From the UHGV virus genome UHGV-0201380: DNA of 43,652 nt. One strand, 5' to 3'. Under the pieces are notes generated by a model. The model saw only the letters and a program-made list of their open reading frames with translations. It was not told the DNA's origin and made no database searches. The stretch comes from a virus. Shown here piece by piece: positions 26,697 to 34,526 of this stretch; position 1 is the stretch's first letter, and each line of letters opens with the position of its first letter. A program made the position numbers and the translations under genes.

Positions 26697-29057
26697 TTAA
26701 ATTCTCCGTCTGCGTTGGTTGTAGCGCAGGATATACGAGATATCCAGCACGTTCAGTTCCATAGAACCCTCAGTAAATAACGTCACCTCGGTTGTGTCTG
26801 CGTTAGTACGGCACGGCACGGTAATCGTAGCCAAGTCCATACGCAGGGCCTGCCCAAGCGTTAGCTCCTTTGAGTTCATCAAGATACCGGTTAGTTCCCC
26901 ACCCCAGTTGACGTCCCGTGGGGTGTCTAGTACCTGTACATCGAAGTGCCCAGAGTTACGTACTGCTACGTCCAGGCGCAGCAGGCGCACGTGCCCACTT
27001 CCCACTAGCTTGTCATTCTGGTCCCGTAGAATAGGCGTAGTTAGAGTGAACGTACTGCGGTAGCGTCTCCCAATTACGTAGGTGCCATCAGGTACACCAC
27101 GCACAACCCGCAGGGTGTTCTCCCCGGCAATCTCCTTGATGCCAACCTCAGTAGGCCCCATAGGGTTGCTGGGCAAGTACGTTAGGATAAGCTCTTCCTT
27201 GTAGTTGTCAGCCCACCCGACGGGGCGCAGTACCGCCGGAACAGTAAACACCCCATCCTGCACTTGAACTTGCTTCTGCAAATCCGAGTAGGCTTCGCGG
27301 TACTCCGAACCCAGCTGATAACCTTCACGCGGGTCCATAGACACAATCAAAAGCTTGTTGCTGGGACTGGGCCCTTGCATATACAAGAACACCTCATCCT
27401 CCAGCGCCTGCACGCTCAGGATTGGATATGGGAACGTCCATTTATGCCACGACGCTTGCATCTTAGTACCATCACTCCCACCCCACATAAACTCATAGAC
27501 CAGCAGGTTATTTCGCTCTCCGGACATTCGTGAGAAGGCCATATTGGTGACACTGGAGTTTTGCATCTGCAATACCCTGCCGGGAATGTACCGCGGCAGG
27601 TGCACCGTGGCGTCCTGCGTAGTGTACTGCGCCGCAGTATATGGTGATGGGATTAGCTCCAGTATACCCGCGTAGCTGTTGTTGCGCTTATTCGGGTAGA
27701 TTACCGTCTGCCCCGCCATTACCGGAGTCACACGGCTATCACACTCGTAGGTGCTGGTGATGCTAATACTTGCGTTAGTGGGGGTGAGTACCGCTGAACC
27801 CGGCACAACCGCCTGCATGCTGTTAGCAAACAGGACCAAGTCCCGGTTGAACTGCACAGCGGTACGATACACAGAATCCTGTGCAGACGCAGAGCTAATG
27901 CTGATACGGTCCGTATCCAGCAGAGACGTCACAGTGGAGCGGTAGAAGCGCTGGTACAGACCTGAGGCAGACATATCCACGGAGCTACCACTAAGCAGAA
28001 CCAAGCGGCCCTGGAAAGCTGCAATGCCGGTGATGTATCCATTCTCCACGAATCCGGGGTCGCTGTTATTGTCGTCGTTACCAGCTAAACGCCCCTCCCA
28101 ATCCCGCGCAATAATGTTGTCATCTGCAGCAAGCTCTCGGGGCATGTTCGTAATCTTGGTGATGCTGCCGTACGCTCCCACCTCAGACCAGGTGCGGGTG
28201 CTGTAGCTGAACTGGTACCACGCTGTCTCAGACGAGGCTGTACCTACACGACACATCGCCCCGTCAGCTTGCGCTGGGAGCTGTGCAGGTAGGTCCTGCT
28301 CCTGGTCTACACGAGACTGGTTGGATACCCCAGCATAAGTATCGCCAGCGTCGGAGGATACCACACAGTTGCTCAACCCATAGAAGAACAAGTATGCGCC
28401 GCGTACGCTAACGTTCCCAGCTGGCAATCCATTCGCTACAAGAGAGTCTCGCAGCTGCTGAGCAACGTAGGCACCTGATACCTCCTCAGCGTTACCACTG
28501 GTACTGCCAGCAGCTGGGGCGGTGTAGTCCCCGGAGTAATCTACCCCGGCAGATGTAACAGTGACGTTCCAGCGTTTCTGGAATGCTGCAGATTTAACGT
28601 AGAAGAACCCAGTGGTGCCTGGGTCAATACGCCCCGTATTGTCCACGGTTGTGTTCGGGGCCATCTCCGTATTCAGGATATAAGTCAGTCCAGCAATACT
28701 CGCGGTCTGCAAAGAGGTCTGACCCACGGCGGTAATAAAGTACGGGTCGTTTCCGGAGTTAAGGATGGTCTTTCCATTCTTAGCCAGTAACCACCAGTTA
28801 CCGTTGCTGGTGTTAATCAGCAGGTGCCTACCGTCAGTTCCACGCTCTACGTATTCAGTGAACAGGGAATCAAGCCCTGGATTATCAATCGTGCTTTCCC
28901 AGACAATCTCACCCGGGGGTCTGCGGCGGATACCGGAAACCGGGTCGCTGAGCATGTTCAGCTGCGCCCCCAGTTGTCCTGGTTGGCGCTCTCTCGGAAC
29001 CTGCTGGGAAACGCCCTGCAGCAAGCTCTGAATAGTACCTTCTAATGATTGCGCCAT
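26697..29057 (-). CDS. Tail tubular protein B (T7 gp12-like)
   Basis: 786 aa, directly downstream of tail tubular A; size and position typical. Confidence 0.85.
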   Translation of the reverse strand: MAQSLEGTIQSLLQGVSQQVPRERQPGQLGAQLNMLSDPVSGIRRRPPGEIVWESTIDNPGLDSLFTEYVERGTDGRHLLINTSNGNWWLLAKNGKTILNSGNDPYFITAVGQTSLQTASIAGLTYILNTEMAPNTTVDNTGRIDPGTTGFFYVKSAAFQKRWNVTVTSAGVDYSGDYTAPAAGSTSGNAEEVSGAYVAQQLRDSLVANGLPAGNVSVRGAYLFFYGLSNCVVSSDAGDTYAGVSNQSRVDQEQDLPAQLPAQADGAMCRVGTASSETAWYQFSYSTRTWSEVGAYGSITKITNMPRELAADDNIIARDWEGRLAGNDDNNSDPGFVENGYITGIAAFQGRLVLLSGSSVDMSASGLYQRFYRSTVTSLLDTDRISISSASAQDSVYRTAVQFNRDLVLFANSMQAVVPGSAVLTPTNASISITSTYECDSRVTPVMAGQTVIYPNKRNNSYAGILELIPSPYTAAQYTTQDATVHLPRYIPGRVLQMQNSSVTNMAFSRMSGERNNLLVYEFMWGGSDGTKMQASWHKWTFPYPILSVQALEDEVFLYMQGPSPSNKLLIVSMDPREGYQLGSEYREAYSDLQKQVQVQDGVFTVPAVLRPVGWADNYKEELILTYLPSNPMGPTEVGIKEIAGENTLRVVRGVPDGTYVIGRRYRSTFTLTTPILRDQNDKLVGSGHVRLLRLDVAVRNSGHFDVQVLDTPRDVNWGGELTGILMNSKELTLGQALRMDLATITVPCRTNADTTEVTLFTEGSMELNVLDISYILRYNQRRRRI

Positions 29058-29066
29058 AACCTCTCC

Positions 29067-29627
29067 TTAAACCATAAAACGAGCGCGGCGGATTCTACGA
29101 GCAAAGCGGGTCTTGCTGGTGCTGAATCTCTGGTTGCGCAGATGCTCACGCAGCACCATGCTCTTGTAGCGCTCAGCTTCCTGTGCGTAATTAGCGTAGT
29201 TACTGTCGCCGCCCAGGTCGTTTAGATACACCTGTGCAGTGGTGTAGTTAGCCACCCACATAGCCGCATGCTCCGGCAGGTCCTCAAAGTCCAAGTCCAG
29301 GACTATTTTGAGCTTAACGGAGCTGTCGAAGTACTGGTTCTGCTCCATAAGGTCGTACAGGTTCCCATCACGGACCCCGTATTTGGAGTCAGAGCCAGCA
29401 TCGTACACGGCCAGTTGGTTCCACGGCACTTTAATAAAGCCGTCAGCAGTAGGGGCAACTTCACGCTCGACCACGTTAAACCAGAACCCTGTGCTGAGCA
29501 GCCCGCGCCGATTGCGCGCAAGCGCAGAGCGAGCTAACCCAGCGCTTGGGTTGCTGGTGTTGATGTCCATAACGCGGGACTCCCCCAGGGCTTCCAGCGT
29601 CAGGTTCACAGCGTCTAATTCTCTCAT
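29067..29627 (-). CDS. Tail tubular protein A (T7 gp11-like)
   Basis: Track ORF extends to 29702 through the terminator. The ATG at about 29627 (MRELDAVNLTLEALGE) follows an AGAGGAA Shine-Dalgarno, giving about 186 aa, comparable to T7 gp11 (196 aa). Confidence 0.85.
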   Translation of the reverse strand: MRELDAVNLTLEALGESRVMDINTSNPSAGLARSALARNRRGLLSTGFWFNVVEREVAPTADGFIKVPWNQLAVYDAGSDSKYGVRDGNLYDLMEQNQYFDSSVKLKIVLDLDFEDLPEHAAMWVANYTTAQVYLNDLGGDSNYANYAQEAERYKSMVLREHLRNQRFSTSKTRFARRIRRARFMV

Positions 29628-29672
29628 ATTTGTTCCTCTATTAAAGACCCCTTGGACCCTTAAGACAGGGAC

Positions 29673-29709
29673 AAAAAAAAAGCCCCTGGCACCCGAAGGC
29701 ACCAGGGGC
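29673..29709 (-). terminator. Intrinsic (rho-independent) terminator, T7 Tphi-like, minus-strand specific
   Basis: Minus-strand RNA forms GCCCCUGGUGCC-UUCG-GGUGCCAGGGGC: a 12-bp stem with two G-U wobbles and a UUCG tetraloop, followed by U9. On the plus strand the wobbles are C/A mismatches. Sits 6 nt after the stop of the 115-aa ORF. Confidence 0.8.
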
Positions 29710-29714
29710 GCGTA

Positions 29715-30062
29715 TTACTGTTTGTTAACAGGCTCGAACACGTTACACTCAACAGTTCTAGCTGCTGCGTTAAACGTAAAACCCCGAAGACCCATAACAT
29801 CCACCAGATATCGGCACAAATCAAACACGTGCTTAGGTTCCCGGGTGTGGGTGCCGCTTACTACGTACTGCTCAACCCTAACAGGTACAGCCTGCTTTAA
29901 CATGGCCTCTGAGATGATGCGCAGAGCATTGGCTGTACTGTCCCCAGTGCAGCGTTTGTGCCACACCTCTGTGCCGTACTCTACACCACCTTGGGTTATG
30001 GCCTCCATGCGGGTCATACCGGTTATAATGTTACGGATATCTTTCATAGGTTTCCTCATCAA
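29715..30062 (-). CDS. Hypothetical protein encoded between capsid gene and terminator
   Basis: 115-aa ORF (MMRKPMKDIRNIITG...), no recognised motif. Co-transcribed with the capsid gene upstream of the terminator. Confidence 0.55.
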   Translation of the reverse strand: MMRKPMKDIRNIITGMTRMEAITQGGVEYGTEVWHKRCTGDSTANALRIISEAMLKQAVPVRVEQYVVSGTHTREPKHVFDLCRYLVDVMGLRGFTFNAAARTVECNVFEPVNKQ

Positions 30063-30096
30063 ACGGAACTAGGCAGGTTCAATTGCCGTTAACTGT

Positions 30097-30279
30097 TTAC
30101 TCTTCCGTAGTATCAGCGGCTGCGTCAGCCGCCTTACGGGTTTTCTTGGTAGCCTTGCGGCCAGATTCAACCGAAGCCACCTGGATGTTCTTCGCTACAT
30201 CGGTGGCGGCCTTAACCGCCTCCCGCTGAGCTGCATTGGCCTGGAGAGTCTCCAGACCGAACGTAGCGATTACTGCCAT
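30097..30279 (-). CDS. Hypothetical small Ala/Lys-rich protein downstream of capsid gene
   Basis: 60-aa ORF starting 12 nt after the capsid stop. Confidence 0.45.
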   Translation of the reverse strand: MAVIATFGLETLQANAAQREAVKAATDVAKNIQVASVESGRKATKKTRKAADAAADTTEE

Positions 30280-30290
30280 TGAACCTCCAA

Positions 30291-31310
30291 TTAGGACTTG
30301 GTGGTGAGGGTGAACTTGGTCACTGCAGCGGTGTCTGGACGACGCAGGCCGATGTTGTACATCGCGTAGCAGTCCAGTACGTTGCTGAACTCGCGCGTAT
30401 CGTCCCAGATACGGGAGGTGAACGGCTTGGCCTCAACAGTCACCAGGGTCTTGGACTTGCTGAAAGTCACCATACGGCACAGCGCGTCGTCAGGGGTGAC
30501 GGTGTAAGCAGAGCCCAGCGGGTGCGTACCAGCAGCGGTCGGGAACTCAGTGCACTCTACTACAGGCACTCCGTTCATCTTCACTACACGGCGGTCTTTG
30601 TAACCGTCGTTGTTGGATGCACCAAAGTCCAGGTTCAGGAGCTTCGGATGCTCCAGCAGACGCGAATAGGTATCGACATCCACCAGGGTAATCATGTCCG
30701 CCAGCGGAGTCTTACGCTTGATGAGCTCATCAATACCAGCCTTGTGGGCCAGGTTGATGTTCATGGCGTTCGCTTCCATCTCAGCCTGGGTCAGCTGCGT
30801 GGCGGTAGTGGTGCCCGGAACCAGGATAGAGGCACCCACTTCGATACCGTCGTTGAATGCCGGTTTAAGGTGCTCCGGAGCAACCCAGGAGCGGCCCTTG
30901 ATGAGCTGAATCAGGTGCGCCTGGTCGAAGGTCTCCGCGAACTCCGAGCCGTTGTTCTGGCCCATCTCAGTCAGGAAGTCCGGACCGGTCCAGTCATCCT
31001 GGTAGTCAATCGGGTTACGGATATACAGCACCGTATCCACCACGATAATCATCTTATCGTTACGGACCGGGGTGCTATCCAGCGCCTCGCCAGAGCGACG
31101 ACCCTTCACCGAAGAGGTGTTCAGGCGGTCAATACGGTAGGTATTGGAACCGCTGATAGAGCGCTGGCTGGATAGGCCCAGGAACAGAGCCTGGTACTGG
31201 AAGCGGGTGTCTACTTCATTCTGATACACTTCCAGGTGAATGTCTACATCAGATGCCGCGCCGCCCCAATGGGCTCGGGTCAGGGCGCTTTTATAGATAG
31301 TATCTGCCAT
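30291..31310 (-). CDS. Major capsid protein (T7 gp10-like)
   Basis: 339 aa. C-terminal CYAMYNIGLRRPDTAAV resembles T7 gp10 AKYAMGHGGLRPEAAGAV. Position after the scaffolding gene. Confidence 0.9.
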   Translation of the reverse strand: MADTIYKSALTRAHWGGAASDVDIHLEVYQNEVDTRFQYQALFLGLSSQRSISGSNTYRIDRLNTSSVKGRRSGEALDSTPVRNDKMIIVVDTVLYIRNPIDYQDDWTGPDFLTEMGQNNGSEFAETFDQAHLIQLIKGRSWVAPEHLKPAFNDGIEVGASILVPGTTTATQLTQAEMEANAMNINLAHKAGIDELIKRKTPLADMITLVDVDTYSRLLEHPKLLNLDFGASNNDGYKDRRVVKMNGVPVVECTEFPTAAGTHPLGSAYTVTPDDALCRMVTFSKSKTLVTVEAKPFTSRIWDDTREFSNVLDCYAMYNIGLRRPDTAAVTKFTLTTKS

Positions 31311-31335
31311 ATCTTACTTTTCCTTTTAAATGAGA

Positions 31336-32178
31336 TTAAAGACCTACGCGCTTACCGGCTTCACGGCGTGCGAGCAAATCGTTATAACGTTGACTGAACT
31401 GTGGGGATGCCAAGCTACGGTTGCCCGCTTCCTGACGGAGTTTGGTGTACTCTGCGCGGAATTCCGCAGCAGATAGTGCATTGTTGCTGGCTACACCGCG
31501 TACCATTGGGTTCTGTGTCTTGATAAGACCCATATCCCGGCAGAAGCTTGCTACCAACTCAGCGGCCTGCTTGAGCTCACCCGAGTTAGCGAGTACACGA
31601 GCTGCGTTACGCAGAGGTTCAGGGGCCTTGGAATTAAACAGCTGCGCTGCTACCTCCCAGTTCTCCTTACCACCCACGATATCGTAAGCTTCCTGTACTG
31701 CTTTGGTGGCTTGGCCAACCTGGTCTTCCAGGTACGCCTTGGCCAGCAGCTCTGCATAAGCAGCGTGCTCGCCGAAACGTTCCTTAATGAAGGCCGTATC
31801 GATTAGGTTAGGGTCCTGGTACTCCAGGGCCTTACCAAGTGCCCGCACCATATCAGAGTCAGTTAACCCAGAGACTTTCTGCAACATAGCTACACCGGCG
31901 TCAATCGTCGGGTTGCCAGTCTTAGCCAGCTCCTGGGGCTGCTCTTTAGCGCTATCGCCACCCTTATCCAGGGCCGCTTTTAGGGCTTCGATATCCAGAG
32001 GAATCTTAGCAGGGTCAGGGGAATCTTTGCCCTGTTGCTGCTGGGTAGGTGTCTGTGCATCCTGCACGCCTTGATTGTTCGGGGCGCTAAGGGGAGCACC
32101 TAGGCCCGGAATCTTAGGACCACCTTGGTTCTCTACCTGTGTAGTTTCTACGTTTTGACCGTTTTCTACGTTATCCAT
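31336..32178 (-). CDS. Capsid assembly scaffolding protein (T7 gp9-like)
   Basis: 280 aa, Gln/Ala/Glu-rich, between portal and capsid genes. Confidence 0.75.
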   Translation of the reverse strand: MDNVENGQNVETTQVENQGGPKIPGLGAPLSAPNNQGVQDAQTPTQQQQGKDSPDPAKIPLDIEALKAALDKGGDSAKEQPQELAKTGNPTIDAGVAMLQKVSGLTDSDMVRALGKALEYQDPNLIDTAFIKERFGEHAAYAELLAKAYLEDQVGQATKAVQEAYDIVGGKENWEVAAQLFNSKAPEPLRNAARVLANSGELKQAAELVASFCRDMGLIKTQNPMVRGVASNNALSAAEFRAEYTKLRQEAGNRSLASPQFSQRYNDLLARREAGKRVGL

Positions 32179-32192
32179 CTATGCCTCTGTTG

Positions 32193-33788
32193 TTAACTTG
32201 GTAATAAGCCCAGCTGCTTACCTGCTACTGTCGGGTCCGCTGCTGTCAAGCCCTGGAGTTGGTCCTGTGCTGCACCTGCGGATACATCGGCAGACGCATC
32301 TTGAACCTGTTGCTTCTGCTGCAGCTGCTCTTCGGTGTACATGAACGGCTCGCTGACGATACCATAGGCGTCGAAGTACCAGTCTACACACGCATCCTTG
32401 TTGAAGCGCGGAGTAATCTGCTCAAGCACCGGGATAGCCAGCTGCATGGACTGTGCCGCCTCTAACAGCTTGTCCGCTGCTGCGGCCTTAGCCAGCGCAG
32501 AGGTACCTACTGTAACGTTGATGCTCACCACGCCTTCGCTGAGGTACAACTTAAAGCGAGGGTACACCAGTGCAGTGTACAGGTACGCCAGCTTACGCAG
32601 CCAGGTGTCGCTCAGGATACTGAACCCACCACCCATAGCGGCTTCCGCCTCTTTGGCGTTCTGGCGAATCTCATAAGCCGTGACACGCTCACCCTGCCGG
32701 GAGTTGCCGGTGTACATAAACGCACGAGACAGTTTCTGTTCGAGCATCTGGATGTTGCTGGCAATCCACTGAATCTTCTGGGCAGAGCCGCCCTCGTAAG
32801 CAGTGACAGGAGACTTAGTGTTTCCGTTGGAACCACCGCCGCCCACCTGCACGGCCTCCCCGGTCTCCGCCGTAGAGAACTCGTCCACATCCAGGCCAGA
32901 ACTAGAATCTACTAGTGGAATCAGCCGAGAGGCTTCGACCTCGTAGTTAGTCAGTGCTTCCGACAGTACCGATAATCGGGCAAAGTCCCCAGCGTAGTCC
33001 TCTACCAAGCCGCGCCCGTAGTGCTCGCCACTAACAAGGTTCCACACCAGCACGTTGTAGGGGAGCTCCAGCTCCGGATAGGTGCTGCTGTCCCCGATAC
33101 GGTGTCCATCGGCTTCTTGATACACCTCGTAGCTTACTACCTCTACGCCTTCCTCTGTCCGCTTAACTTTGCGACAAGCGGCAGTGTAGATATCAACGTC
33201 GCCGTATGGGTCTTTGTCACGGTAGAAGGTGTTCTGGAAATCCTCTGGCAGGTCCTGGACGCTTGTGCGCTCTCTGATAATGAGTCGCAGGACGTTCCCG
33301 CTGCCATCCCTTCGAACGGTAAAGTTACGAACTGAGTAGACGATGGATTTACCTGTCCGCTCATCAATATACTCCAACGCGTTACCTGTAACCAGCAGCA
33401 GCTTCACAGCTTGCAACTTCGCAGCATAACCGTCTTTCTCAAATACTTTCTGTGACGCTGTGTTCTCAACCTCAGCCAGCTTAGATTCTGCCGTAGCTGC
33501 ACTGCCCAGCGAACTAATGAACTCGTCCAGGTCCGAACTCTTGGAGAACCGGAAGAAGCTAGTGCCCTGAGGGAACAGTGCCCCTACAATCTTAGTGGCT
33601 GCAGTGTTGACCAGCTGCGCGCCGGTGCTCTGGTAGTCACGCTCTAGCGGTCTGCGTCTACCGTCCAGGGAATCGTCCCGGGTAAAGATAGTGCTGAGCG
33701 TCCACTGCGCGAACTTCTCGGAGGCATCCAATACACCTGCGTCCTGGTCCTTCTTAAAGAGTTCTGCTAATGTTGCTTTTTGTTCCAA
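32193..33788 (-). CDS. Portal (head-tail connector) protein (T7 gp8-like)
   Basis: 531 aa. Motif GERVTAYEIRQNAKEAEAAMGGGFSILS resembles T7 gp8 GERVTAEEIRYVASELEDTLGGVYSILS. Confidence 0.9.
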   Translation of the reverse strand: MEQKATLAELFKKDQDAGVLDASEKFAQWTLSTIFTRDDSLDGRRRPLERDYQSTGAQLVNTAATKIVGALFPQGTSFFRFSKSSDLDEFISSLGSAATAESKLAEVENTASQKVFEKDGYAAKLQAVKLLLVTGNALEYIDERTGKSIVYSVRNFTVRRDGSGNVLRLIIRERTSVQDLPEDFQNTFYRDKDPYGDVDIYTAACRKVKRTEEGVEVVSYEVYQEADGHRIGDSSTYPELELPYNVLVWNLVSGEHYGRGLVEDYAGDFARLSVLSEALTNYEVEASRLIPLVDSSSGLDVDEFSTAETGEAVQVGGGGSNGNTKSPVTAYEGGSAQKIQWIASNIQMLEQKLSRAFMYTGNSRQGERVTAYEIRQNAKEAEAAMGGGFSILSDTWLRKLAYLYTALVYPRFKLYLSEGVVSINVTVGTSALAKAAAADKLLEAAQSMQLAIPVLEQITPRFNKDACVDWYFDAYGIVSEPFMYTEEQLQQKQQVQDASADVSAGAAQDQLQGLTAADPTVAGKQLGLLPS

Positions 33789-33797
33789 GCTACCCCC

Positions 33798-34064
33798 TTA
33801 CAGGCCCAGAGGATTGCTCTGCCCTGCTTGTCGCCGTTTCTTCTGCTCAGACGTAATTGCATCTGCAGATTCAGAGGCAGCCCCTGCGGGGTCAATCTCA
33901 GCAATGTTATCTGCGGCGCTATTAGCCTCTAAGGCAGCCTGTTGTTTAGCTGCACTGGCCTGCTGCTCTGCCAAGCGCTGCTGCGCCTCTAATCCTGCGT
34001 TGTCAGTAAGGCCGAGCATGTCCGTGGCCTTACCTAACAGCTTACCTAAATTACCACCACTCAT
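33798..34064 (-). CDS. Small hypothetical protein upstream of portal (T7 gp6.7/gp7.3-like by position and composition)
   Basis: 88 aa, Ala/Gln-rich with basic C-terminus (KKRRQAGQ). Confidence 0.4.
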   Translation of the reverse strand: MSGGNLGKLLGKATDMLGLTDNAGLEAQQRLAEQQASAAKQQAALEANSAADNIAEIDPAGAASESADAITSEQKKRRQAGQSNPLGL

Positions 34065-34501
34065 TCTGACCTCACTAAATGATAAGTTGTCTTGTACGTG
34101 TTATCCGATGTACTCCGGCTAATGGCTATACGCCCAGCGCGCATGCATTTGGCTATTGCGCGCAGGCCTTGCATAATCACAGACACTGCCGCGCCGTTGT
34201 CCGGTTTCAATACGAAGAAGTCTGTATACAGCACAGGCTCTACGTAATGACAGTCCTCTACAGCCTCTGGGTAGTAGCTGACAGCACCGACTAAGTCGCC
34301 TTGGGAGTCATAGACCCCTAGTATATACTGTTTACCCAGTATACTTCCCAGCACCCTCCAGTAGTGCTGCTCTGGAGCCAGGCCCCGACTAATGCCGTGG
34401 CCCAGTTCATGCAGTTGCTTCACTGCGTCCGTAATGTCGTCAGACTTATACAGAACTCTGAGAGTGTAGTCGGAAGTTTTACTAGTGTGTTTTAACTTCA
34501 T
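34061..34501 (-). CDS. Hypothetical protein, first gene downstream of RNAP
   Basis: 146-aa ORF. Its ATG immediately follows promoter-like motif copy C, whose GGAGTAGGA end doubles as a Shine-Dalgarno-like sequence. Confidence 0.5.
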   Translation of the reverse strand: MKLKHTSKTSDYTLRVLYKSDDITDAVKQLHELGHGISRGLAPEQHYWRVLGSILGKQYILGVYDSQGDLVGAVSYYPEAVEDCHYVEPVLYTDFFVLKPDNGAAVSVIMQGLRAIAKCMRAGRIAISRSTSDNTYKTTYHLVRSE

Positions 34502-34518
34502 TCCTACTCCTGTAACAT
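34502..34518 (-). promoter_or_regulatory. Candidate phage-RNAP promoter-like motif, copy C
   Basis: Exact 17-mer TCCTACTCCTGTAACAT (minus TTAATGTTACAGGAGTAGGA), immediately after the RNAP stop and before the structural module. Loosely reminiscent of T7-group promoters in length and the TAAT-start/purine-rich-end layout. Confidence 0.4.
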
Positions 34519-34526
34519 TAAATTTT

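Noticed and set aside
30291-31310. Possible frameshift in the major capsid gene near its 5' end
   Set aside because: My hand translation near 31255-31265 seemed to need one base fewer than the printed text, but the ORF track gives an uninterrupted 339-aa capsid ORF. I attribute this to my own reading or indexing error rather than a real frameshift or pseudogene. It is the reason hand-derived coordinates elsewhere are given as approximate.
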